Source: an uncultured cyanobacterium (GTDB taxonomy: Bacteria > Cyanobacteriota > Cyanobacteriia > Cyanobacteriales > CAWUOF01). From it: a stretch of DNA of 64,000 bases. This document shows positions 1 through 8,997 of the stretch, piece after piece. Made by a program: the position numbers and the translations under genes. Position 1 is the first letter of the stretch. Each line of letters starts with the position of its first letter. The stretch covers positions 4,000,001 to 4,064,000 of the forward strand of contig CAVUSO010000001.1 of assembly GCA_963744145.1 (NCBI GenBank), given 5' to 3'. The notes under the pieces were generated by a model. The model made no database searches, had not been told where the DNA came from, and saw only the letters and a program-made list of their open reading frames with translations.

Positions 1-3000
1 AAACTTGGCGTTCATCCACCTGTAACACATCCACCAGAAGTTCTCTATCTGCATCGGGAAGCACTACAAAGGGATTGTAGGAAGACAAAGCACGCGATCG
101 CACCACATTCCCCCTTGCCCACAACAAGCCATAAATCACCTGAAACCGCCAATAGGGATTCGGCTGAATCAACCCCAAATGAACCAATGCCCGCTCTAAA
201 TCGTCCTTACTGCTGGCAATATAGGCAAAAACTCGCGCATCAATCTCAATTCCTAACCGTTCTTCCTCCTTATGCCATAACTGAATCAAATCCAGTAGCA
301 GTTTATCGGTTTCTTGGTTACTCCCAGGACGCAAAATCCGTGCATTGATAGCTGTCATCACCGAATGCGTTACCAGTATCCCCTCAAAAGATAGAACTTT
401 CCGCAGTCTGTCACTTGCTTGTTTCAGTTCCGCGTAACCCCGTGCCGATCGAAAACCTCCCACTGCATCCACTACCGCAACATTCGTTTGCGTCAACTCC
501 AGCAACCGCGTCAATTCCCCATCTATAATCTCAAAATCTGAAGGTTCTAGCGCAGTCATCGCCAAACGGAAGAAATTCGCCGGATCAGCAGCATAGCGTC
601 GCACGATTTCCTCGATCGTCCCCCCACCACCAATAGTAGACTCAGTAATCCAGATTTCCGCGATTTCCTCTGGAATACCAACAGCATCAGACGGACGGGG
701 GCCAGAGTCAATATCTAAAAGCAAATCAACAGCATCAAACTGGGGACACAAGTGCTGACAAGCATCTAACAAAGCACCCCCCAAAGTTGCCTTAAACCGC
801 AATATCGCCCACTCATCCCACTCGCGATTCGGTTCTGACCAAAGCACTGGGGCAAGATCATTTAAAATAGTTTGCACGGTATCTTTATTGCAAAGTGTTA
901 ATAAGCGATCATGTACCCTCTGCCGCTGTGTTGAATCGGGTTCAGAATTTTCCTCTGCTTCTAATAATGTCTCGTCCACGTTCAATGTTTGAAAGATATT
1001 CTCTAGAACGATCGCCATTTCTTCACCAATATTTTTATTGCTCAAATTTTCAAAAGCTTCAGCAAGCGGGATTTGCTCTTGCAAAGCACAAGCAGTCAGC
1101 ATGGATAAATAAATTTGATAAAGCCAATCGCGATGAAAGACATTTGTAAATTCACATAATCGGGTATCTGTCAATACCAAATTACGAAAATATGCAGTGC
1201 GAAATGATTGAATTTTTTCCCGATTCGGGTCACTTGAACTTATCCTGAAATTCCTAGAAATGCGAAAGCGAAATACTAAACCATCCACAAATTGAGAAAA
1301 CCCCACACTTGCGGGACTACCATCTTGACGCTGAGTAAAACGAATAATTGTATCTAGTTCTCGGTATTGCTTAACTTGTTGAATCCGGAGGTTAGCACGA
1401 GATGCGATCGCAAATCTTCTCACCTCCACCGGACATTGTTGACTATGAGTAAAACAGCGAACTTCCTCCATAATTTCACACCAAGACGAACCTTGAGGCA
1501 ATTCCAATTTTATTCCCGGATCATAAGGCACAATTTGGCTGCACCATTCTAATTGAGCATTAGAAGTATTAGAAATATTTTGGGGAATTTGAACAGGTTT
1601 AAACTCCCAAGGACGCACACAACGAATATCAACAACCTGCCCATCTCGCCAAAGTTGAAAATATCCTAATTCTTCTAATTCAGCACAATAATTTTCAACC
1701 GGAAACTGTTGTTCTTTTTCCTGTAAATTTGGTGGTGCAATCCAATGACTTGCATAAATATGTTGTACCCCAAACCGCCGTGATACTCTGCCTGGAGTAA
1801 AAGTCTTCAACGCTTGCACGATTGGCATTTGATTAATATCTTCCTCACTATAGCGAGTTTGGGCAGGCGTAGTAATTGTGACTTCTGGTAACAGCAAATC
1901 GCTAAATAAATTTTGGGGAACAAAATCGGGCAACGGTGAAAATGGTACTTGATAATCCTGTTCTGATTCACCTGTATAACTGGGAATTCGCTTCCATCCA
2001 GATTTCAATCGCCGCAATAACGTAGGAAGAACTGCCATCATTAATGCTCTCGGCGGTTCCCATAAAATAGAATCAACTTCATCTTGATTAATATGCAATG
2101 CTGATCGTAAAAAAGCTTCTAAATTGCGCTGCTCTTCTTTATTTTCTAGAATATTTTCGATTAAATTAATGATTTTATGTTGGCGATCGCGAAAGTAAGG
2201 CGGACTAGCAAAATCGTTCCATACACTACCTTTAGGCGCACCAGTAGCTAATTGTTGAGCAACCCAGTCCATCAAGGCGAAAACCCCTTGAATGCGAAGA
2301 ACATAGCGGTTAGCAATCGGTAGCGATCGCTTTTCCAAAATCGGATTAAACAACATATCATAAGCTTGATAAGCAAGGCGATCGCGCCCATAATCTGAAA
2401 GTACAACCACCGTCCAAGGACGCATAATTCTCCGCCGTCCTGCCCGTCCTTTCCGCTGAAGAAAAGATGCCATATCTCGCGGTGCTTTATGTTGAATTAC
2501 CGCTCCAACTTCAGCATCATTGTATCCAACTTCCAAAGAAGCAGTAGCAACAATAATATCTGAATTTTGCTCAACTCCTAAATCTTGAGAACTGGTGCGC
2601 CCAATCTTCAGGGGAGTTTGCAACGAGTGACCAATTTCTTCACATAATAACCAAGATTGTCCAGCAATGAGGCGATCGCTACTATTAGCAGCACCATGTT
2701 TTCGCAAAACAGCTAATGGTTGTTTTTTGGGTAACGGACGATTCCAACTATCTCTTCCTTCTGCATCTAAAAGGTTATGAAATAAGCGGTTAGTAACATC
2801 TAAATCATCAGTAAAAACAAACAGACGAGAACCATACAACCCGTTACTAGGAGGGTAATTTGCTGGGTCTAATATGCGTCTCAATAACATTGAAGCTTGA
2901 ATAGTTGTAGATAATAAACTAGTTCCTGAAACGGGATCGCCCCTCAACACTAATTGATACTCCATCCCCTCAGCAATTTGGTTGTCACCAGGCGAAATTT

Positions 3001-4300
3001 CCTCTATAGAACCTGGAGATAAACCTGTAAGTTGAGTAAAAAACTCTTCCGCATTTTCTAGCGTTGCGGAAAGTCCAGTAAATTGCACTTTTTTATCAAT
3101 TAACTTCTGCCATCTTCGTAGTAAATAAGCAACTTGTGCCCCATGTATTCCCGTATAAGTATGCACTTCATCCAGCAATACCATGTGGGGAGGTTTAGAT
3201 GTATTAATACCAAAAACATGATTATATTTAGAATCTCCTATTGATCGATTCAGCATTTCTGTAGTGGTAAATACTAAATCAGGGGGAGTTTTTGCCATGC
3301 GATCGCGTGTTAAGATGACCTCATCTTCCGCAACTGCACAACCGCAAGATTGATTAATACAAAAAAGCCGTTCTTTACCTCCTTCTACATCTTTCCTTCG
3401 CCACAACAATTCACCCCCACAGCGAGGACATCGCAAATAAGAACAGATAAATCCCTCTACTTTAGATTCCCATTTCTTTTGTAATTCTTCCACACTTGCT
3501 TTTCTGGGAGTCTGACCAAAAAAAGCGCCGATCAAAACTTTACACTTACCCTCAGCTTGGAGAACAGCATCTAAACGACGCGCTTCGATGTAAGTTTCTG
3601 AAAATTGGTCTTTTAGGAGTTCATTGCGTGGATAAATTGCTAGCACTTTACTCCAATACTCTGGGTTTTTAACCAATCCTGAAATATGCGCTAATGCTGG
3701 CAAATAAAATGCCAAAGTTTTCCCCGTTCCCGTTCCCGCACAAACAATCATCCCCCGACTTTTGGTGCTGTTTAAATCCCGCAGCATCCGGATCGTAGCG
3801 CGTAACTGAAAATCTGCTAGTAAGAGTTGACCACGTTGTGGAGAACAGAGAATTGCCGCGATCGCTTTTTGGCGAATGGGAGTGAGTAATTTTTCTGTTT
3901 CCAGTTGTGCGATTGCGCTTTCTAGTGAGATATTGCGATCGGGATAAACTCTAGGACGAATTTGAAAACGATAATCAGCAACAAGAGTTGGCGCAGTTTG
4001 CCAATTATTACTCGGAAAAAGTTGACGTAGACGAGCAAATAATCTCACCGATTCTGCCATCCGAGTGCGAAAAACACGGCGACCTCTAAGATTAAGATCG
4101 AACAGTAAATGGCTTTCTTCAATTAAATCATCTAAAAAATTCCAAACATTTATATCACTCTCCTGATTAGCTAGAAACTCTTCAGCTAGCTCTTCAATTT
4201 CACCTTCTGAGAAACCACCATCAACTACTCCCCAACTCAACAGTTTGGCTTCCTTACTTTCCAGAAGATTAAGAAATTCTTGAATTAATTGCTTTATCAT
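1..4300 (-). CDS. dpdJ: DpdJ-like large DEAD/DEAH-box helicase, 3'-truncated by the window edge (>1430 aa); absent from the ORF track
   Basis: Hand translation from ATG at 4300 gives MIKQLIQEFLNLLESKEAKLLSWGVVDGGFSE; Walker A MIVCAGTGTGKTLAFYLP near 3700-3750 is in the same frame; LDEVHTY, VATASLEVGYND and QRKGRAGR follow; the frame is open at position 2; lies downstream of dpdE-I. Confidence 0.85.
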   Translation of the reverse strand, partial: MIKQLIQEFLNLLESKEAKLLSWGVVDGGFSEGEIEELAEEFLANQESDINVWNFLDDLIEESHLLFDLNLRGRRVFRTRMAESVRLFARLRQLFPSNNWQTAPTLVADYRFQIRPRVYPDRNISLESAIAQLETEKLLTPIRQKAIAAILCSPQRGQLLLADFQLRATIRMLRDLNSTKSRGMIVCAGTGTGKTLAFYLPALAHISGLVKNPEYWSKVLAIYPRNELLKDQFSETYIEARRLDAVLQAEGKCKVLIGAFFGQTPRKASVEELQKKWESKVEGFICSYLRCPRCGGELLWRRKDVEGGKERLFCINQSCGCAVAEDEVILTRDRMAKTPPDLVFTTTEMLNRSIGDSKYNHVFGINTSKPPHMVLLDEVHTYTGIHGAQVAYLLRRWQKLIDKKVQFTGLSATLENAEEFFTQLTGLSPGSIEEISPGDNQIAEGMEYQLVLRGDPVSGTSLLSTTIQASMLLRRILDPANYPPSNGLYGSRLFVFTDDLDVTNRLFHNLLDAEGRDSWNRPLPKKQPLAVLRKHGAANSSDRLIAGQSWLLCEEIGHSLQTPLKIGRTSSQDLGVEQNSDIIVATASLEVGYNDAEVGAVIQHKAPRDMASFLQRKGRAGRRRIMRPWTVVVLSDYGRDRLAYQAYDMLFNPILEKRSLPIANRYVLRIQGVFALMDWVAQQLATGAPKGSVWNDFASPPYFRDRQHKIINLIENILENKEEQRNLEAFLRSALHINQDEVDSILWEPPRALMMAVLPTLLRRLKSGWKRIPSYTGESEQDYQVPFSPLPDFVPQNLFSDLLLPEVTITTPAQTRYSEEDINQMPIVQALKTFTPGRVSRRFGVQHIYASHWIAPPNLQEKEQQFPVENYCAELEELGYFQLWRDGQVVDIRCVRPWEFKPVQIPQNISNTSNAQLEWCSQIVPYDPGIKLELPQGSSWCEIMEEVRCFTHSQQCPVEVRRFAIASRANLRIQQVKQYRELDTIIRFTQRQDGSPASVGFSQFVDGLVFRFRISRNFRISSSDPNREKIQSFRTAYFRNLVLTDTRLCEFTNVFHRDWLYQIYLSMLTACALQEQIPLAEAFENLSNKNIGEEMAIVLENIFQTLNVDETLLEAEENSEPDSTQRQRVHDRLLTLCNKDTVQTILNDLAPVLWSEPNREWDEWAILRFKATLGGALLDACQHLCPQFDAVDLLLDIDSGPRPSDAVGIPEEIAEIWITESTIGGGGTIEEIVRRYAADPANFFRLAMTALEPSDFEIIDGELTRLLELTQTNVAVVDAVGGFRSARGYAELKQASDRLRKVLSFEGILVTHSVMTAINARILRPGSNQETDKLLLDLIQLWHKEEERLGIEIDARVFAYIASSKDDLERALVHLGLIQPNPYWRFQVIYGLLWARGNVVRSRALSSYNPFVVLPDADRELLVDVLQVDERQV

Positions 4301-4337
4301 TTACTCACTTTTTCCTTTGACCGATCAGAATGATTTA

Positions 4338-5042
4338 TTACATTAAACGAATCCGTAAAGAATCAGCAATTCCGTGCTTATGTACCCACTCTTTAACTTC
4401 GGGAGTCAGAAGATGTAATGATGCTCCTTGGTTAGTAGCAGCCCTAAGAAATTGCAGCACAGAATCGGGCACTTTTTCTGAACTTAAACTATCCCAAGAT
4501 TCTTGTAATTGACCAATCAATCGTTCGATATTTTCAAATTCTTCATTGTTTTTAGGAAATTCTTCACGAGGAATTAGAGCATTTATATTCCTAACTTTCT
4601 GTACTGTTATTTTAAATTCTTCGACTCTACCTAACAAATTGAGAATTTCTTGATTTGTGCTAGGTATTTGTCTAAGCAAGTAATTTTTCCAAGCTTGGAT
4701 TAATTCCTGTTTAAGAAGATTAGTTAATGTCTCTACACTGGATTTTAAAATATTACCTTTGAAATTTTTAGGATTGAGAATCCAATCAGAATTTTCTTGG
4801 AAATTTACTTCAATAACTGCTACATAATCCAATAAATTTTTAGCTTTTTGGGATAAATCAAAATTGGCGATACCTTTTTGCCGGAAGGTTCTCAAAGTTC
4901 CAATTAGCTGTTCAATAGCAGCAACAGCTTGACTAATTTGCTGCTGTCTTGTTTGAAAGCCCTCTAATTTAGTCGCATCTTGTTCCAACTTAATTTTTTG
5001 TTGAGATAATTGAATCAGTTGTTGAGATTTTTTGATGAGCAT
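4338..5042 (-). CDS. dpdI: DpdI-like helical/coiled-coil protein
   Basis: 234 aa, between dpdH and dpdJ; C-terminal VLQFLRAATNQGASLHLLTPEVKEW; call rests mainly on synteny. Confidence 0.65.
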   Translation of the reverse strand: MLIKKSQQLIQLSQQKIKLEQDATKLEGFQTRQQQISQAVAAIEQLIGTLRTFRQKGIANFDLSQKAKNLLDYVAVIEVNFQENSDWILNPKNFKGNILKSSVETLTNLLKQELIQAWKNYLLRQIPSTNQEILNLLGRVEEFKITVQKVRNINALIPREEFPKNNEEFENIERLIGQLQESWDSLSSEKVPDSVLQFLRAATNQGASLHLLTPEVKEWVHKHGIADSLRIRLM

Positions 5043-5047
5043 AATAT

Positions 5048-8000
5048 TTATCCTTTAATCTCATTTAATAGACTACTTAACTTAGACAAACCATTTTTGA
5101 TAGCTTGATGGCTATCTTCCACTGCTCCACCTTCACCAGATTTTAGTTGAGAAATTTCATTTTGTACGCGATTTAAGGAAGTATCGAGGAAATTATTAGT
5201 TTCCTTGAGAAACCCATCAGCATCTGTCATCGCTTTTTGGTACTCTTCGCTCAGATACTGAAGAAGTTTATGAGGATTAGTTTCTGTTTGCACTCGCTTC
5301 ATATTTTCTACATAACCACCAAAACGAGTGCGGGAAAACTCATCAATTACTATTGTTAGTTTTTCTGCACTTTTTTGACCAAATACACCTGCTTCTCTTG
5401 CCTGATCTATTGCTAGTTTAACCCCATCTATGACCTCTTTCTTTTTGACATCTTCACCAAACTCTGATATTAATAATTGATAAACTTTAAGTTGGCGATC
5501 GCGTTCTTCCTCAATTGCCTTAAGCAGCAGTTCATCTACTTTTTCACGTACTTTCTGTATAACTTGATATTCATCTCGTAAATCGTTAGGAATTTGACCT
5601 TGAGGTTGCCAGCTTTTCCGAAGCTGTCTTAAGGTTTCAATTATTTGTGCAGAATCAATGATCTGGAACTGCGATCGACTACCTCTGGTACAAGCAATTC
5701 TACTTTCAAAAATTTCAAAAAGTTTTTTCCGATTTTTCTTGAAAACTTGAAAAAGCTCTTTCCAAGTTTTTGAACGGCTTAATTCGTCCTGATCTTCAAG
5801 TTCAAGAAATAAGGAATTAATCAAATCTTCTACAGAATTAGTAGAGTGTCCTGACATTCTCGCAGCGATCGCTAGTAGCTCGGCTGTTGCGGGTATAGGG
5901 TTCCAAGCTTCACGACATTCTCTGGGACGGCAACGAATCTCCTCGACAATATACTGACTCCAACGTTCTAGTTGTTTAGCATAAGCGCGGAAATAGCGAT
6001 CGCCCTTCGGAAACTTCCAATTTTTGTAGTGCTTGTACTGTAAGATACCTTGAAAGGCAATAACAGTTTCCCGAAAGTCTTTCTCGTCCTCTGGATTGAG
6101 GGGAAGTGATAATACAATACCTGAATAAGTTCCTCTGGTGACTTTTCGACTTTCAAAAATAAGGTTTCTTTGCTTGAAAAGTTGATTACTACCTGCAAAA
6201 CTTCCTCGCAGTAAAATTTCTGTATCCCATTCAATTCTCTCAATTATTGCTGGATAAATAAACTCTCGTAATTCCTTAGAAATTTCGTCTGATAGAATCT
6301 CCTGATTATTCCAATTGTTAAGAATTATCAGTTGTTTAACTACTTTTTCAGAAATTTCATCAGATTTTTTGGGTGAAATTTCCGGTTCAATTTTGTAAGG
6401 TTCTGGCAGTTCTTTAGGGCCTGAAACTGGTTTCTGTTCAATTATTATTCCTAAAACTGGGATATTAAAAGCTGTATGCACTTGTTGAGGTAGATCGCAA
6501 AGTTGATCACTATCACTCCAGAAGTCGATTAATATTTCGCGGCGATCGCCGTTCACTAAATCTTTAGCTCTAATCTCATCTTGAACAATAACATCCAATC
6601 TGCGCTTGCCAAAGTGTTCCCGCAGAGCAGCCGAAGGAAACTTTCCTTGTTGAATATCATCAACAGAATTTTCTAAAGTATATTTGAGGACATCTTTAAT
6701 TAAAACCCTCGGCTTAAAATTTCCTGGGTTCACTCTCCAGAGCATCTGTTTTAAAGCTGTAGAAGTAAACGGATAAAGACCCATTCCATTGACTTGACCA
6801 AATCCCTGATGGCAAGGTTCGCGGTGTTCACACATATCACAAAAATTCGGTGGTTCTGCTTTCTTAACTCCAGGTTCGTTACGAGCATTTGCCCAACTGA
6901 GAATTTCCTCATCTTCTAAGCGTACTGCATTTAGATAGCGAACTACAAATTGTTGGATATCTGCATCCGTCACTAAGGATTGGTTGCTAACTGCACCAAT
7001 ATTCAAATTAACCTGAAAAGTAATTCGCTGGCGAACAGTCTCTAATACATAACTATTAAAGTAACCTTCTGTACAAGCGAGTGCTGTACGGATAGTGCAT
7101 AGAGGTTTTCTACCTGATTGTTGTGGTTGTTCTAAAACCGCCGCTAATACTTCTCGATCAATGCCCTGTAACTTAGCAAAATCTTCAATTAAGATTACCA
7201 ATTCTATCCCTTTTTCTGCTAAAGCTTCCCGTACTTCGCGCATCAATCTCTGCAAGTCTTCACGACCCAAACTTAATACTCTGGTAATCGCTTCATCAAG
7301 GTGCTGATTTAACCATTCTGTTGTTGCTTTTTGAATATTTTCATGATCGATAAGAAAGCTATAAAACCTTTGCGCTTGTTGACCAGCTTTTTGTAATTCT
7401 AAAATACTTGAAGGTAAGTCACTAGTTGAAAATTCTGTTTTTTCTTCAATATCTTCGATGGTATTTTGACCAATCAGTGCATGGATGACTAAGCGATGGA
7501 TAATACTGCCATCTTTCAGCCAGTATTCTCGACGAAAATAAGGGTCGTAAAGTAGAGAATCAAGTTCGTCAACCAAATAGTTTTGTTCTTCATCTAATTG
7601 CGATCGATCATGACGACCATTTCGTCCTACTGCTGCGGCAAGGTTATTCAAAAGTTGTTCTCTTGCTTGCGGCATAGTTAAAGTGCTTGTAGCTTGATTC
7701 AGTCTTTGTCGATATTCGTCAAACTTTTGACCTTCTATTCCTTCTATATCCAAAATTTTATCGATAATATCTTTTAAATTAGTGCCAATTTTAGGAATTA
7801 ATAAAACCTTGCGCTTTTCGGTTGATTCTATATTTGCTGCTAACCAGCGAATTAAATGAGATTTTCCCGTTCCAGAATCTCCTATTACTGGCACAAAAGC
7901 AAAGCTTTCAGGTGTTAAAAAATCTTTGAGAAACTTTTGTTCATTGTATGCTACTGGCGACGATGCTTCTATCAATGCTTGCTGATACATAGCCAGGGGA

Positions 8001-8104
8001 TGATGAGTTGCTAAAAAGATATGATCTGGAGGTTGGGTAGCTTCCACATTCATAATGCGTTGAACTTGTTCCGATCGCCAGCAAACAAACTTTTGAAATA
8101 TCAT
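5048..8104 (-). CDS. dpdH: DpdH-like P-loop ATPase
   Basis: 1018 aa; FLATHHP, Walker A GDSGTGKSHLIRWL, Walker B LVILIEDF; operon position. Confidence 0.8.
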   Translation of the reverse strand: MIFQKFVCWRSEQVQRIMNVEATQPPDHIFLATHHPLAMYQQALIEASSPVAYNEQKFLKDFLTPESFAFVPVIGDSGTGKSHLIRWLAANIESTEKRKVLLIPKIGTNLKDIIDKILDIEGIEGQKFDEYRQRLNQATSTLTMPQAREQLLNNLAAAVGRNGRHDRSQLDEEQNYLVDELDSLLYDPYFRREYWLKDGSIIHRLVIHALIGQNTIEDIEEKTEFSTSDLPSSILELQKAGQQAQRFYSFLIDHENIQKATTEWLNQHLDEAITRVLSLGREDLQRLMREVREALAEKGIELVILIEDFAKLQGIDREVLAAVLEQPQQSGRKPLCTIRTALACTEGYFNSYVLETVRQRITFQVNLNIGAVSNQSLVTDADIQQFVVRYLNAVRLEDEEILSWANARNEPGVKKAEPPNFCDMCEHREPCHQGFGQVNGMGLYPFTSTALKQMLWRVNPGNFKPRVLIKDVLKYTLENSVDDIQQGKFPSAALREHFGKRRLDVIVQDEIRAKDLVNGDRREILIDFWSDSDQLCDLPQQVHTAFNIPVLGIIIEQKPVSGPKELPEPYKIEPEISPKKSDEISEKVVKQLIILNNWNNQEILSDEISKELREFIYPAIIERIEWDTEILLRGSFAGSNQLFKQRNLIFESRKVTRGTYSGIVLSLPLNPEDEKDFRETVIAFQGILQYKHYKNWKFPKGDRYFRAYAKQLERWSQYIVEEIRCRPRECREAWNPIPATAELLAIAARMSGHSTNSVEDLINSLFLELEDQDELSRSKTWKELFQVFKKNRKKLFEIFESRIACTRGSRSQFQIIDSAQIIETLRQLRKSWQPQGQIPNDLRDEYQVIQKVREKVDELLLKAIEEERDRQLKVYQLLISEFGEDVKKKEVIDGVKLAIDQAREAGVFGQKSAEKLTIVIDEFSRTRFGGYVENMKRVQTETNPHKLLQYLSEEYQKAMTDADGFLKETNNFLDTSLNRVQNEISQLKSGEGGAVEDSHQAIKNGLSKLSSLLNEIKG

Positions 8105-8106
8105 AA

Positions 8107-8997
8107 TTATTGACCTATGTAAATAATGTGAGAATATCGCTCTTGATCATCAACTTGAGAATCAGCTTTTGGTAAAATCATTAATTCTGCATCTGACTCT
8201 AACTTAAGCTGAATATAACCTTCATCTTGAAGTCGAAGTAAACCAAAAGCAGTGCTAGTTGATAAGTAATTACTTTGACGGACATTGAAGTGTGTTTCCA
8301 CAATTTCACGAAACTTACCCGTTTCAAACAAAGGACATTTCTGAGCTAATTTTTCTATAAATTCAATTAACAATATTTTTCTCCCTGCTTGTTCTTGAAA
8401 TAAATCATTGAGATTCCGTCTCAGATAAACTGTAGGATCTGGAACAGTTACTCTTTTCTCTCCTAATGCGTGACCCCAAGCTAAACCCATGTAGCACATC
8501 CAATCATCCATCTGACTATAAAGTGCGCTATTGGACATTTTTAATAACTCACCAACTCTTTGCTTACTTACTGCTTGTTCCACCTCTTCCCAATTACTGG
8601 GAGCATGATAAATATCTTGTGCTAAATACCAAGCACAAACAAGACCCCAATCGTATTCGTCTTCGTTATCTGAAGCAAAAAATAATTCAGCGAGGGTATT
8701 GGGTAATAAGCGATCGCCTAGTTGGGGATTTCGCGCTTGCTCTGGTAGGTTAGGATTAATCGCAATTTCTTTATGATCTTCTTTTTCCTCTTCCACCAAA
8801 AGACCACATTTAATACTCTCAAGTATTGAATTATTGAACATTGGACGCGGTGAAGATTTGTTTTTCACCAATTCGTCGGGAGAAATAACTCTTTCTAACA
8901 CCTCTCTTTTCTCCCGCTGACCAGGTGTTTGCAGTAAATATCTAAAAATACCGCGAATTCGACTAGGACTTGCTAGAGGCTGTTTTAATATACTCAT
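8107..8997 (-). CDS. dpdG: DpdG-like protein
   Basis: 296 aa between dpdF and dpdH; PDPT motif, overlaps the dpdF stop. Confidence 0.7.
   Translation of the reverse strand: MSILKQPLASPSRIRGIFRYLLQTPGQREKREVLERVISPDELVKNKSSPRPMFNNSILESIKCGLLVEEEKEDHKEIAINPNLPEQARNPQLGDRLLPNTLAELFFASDNEDEYDWGLVCAWYLAQDIYHAPSNWEEVEQAVSKQRVGELLKMSNSALYSQMDDWMCYMGLAWGHALGEKRVTVPDPTVYLRRNLNDLFQEQAGRKILLIEFIEKLAQKCPLFETGKFREIVETHFNVRQSNYLSTSTAFGLLRLQDEGYIQLKLESDAELMILPKADSQVDDQERYSHIIYIGQ

Noticed and set aside
115..1552. Short plus-strand ORFs at 115, 895 and 1367
   Set aside because: Antisense shadows of dpdJ
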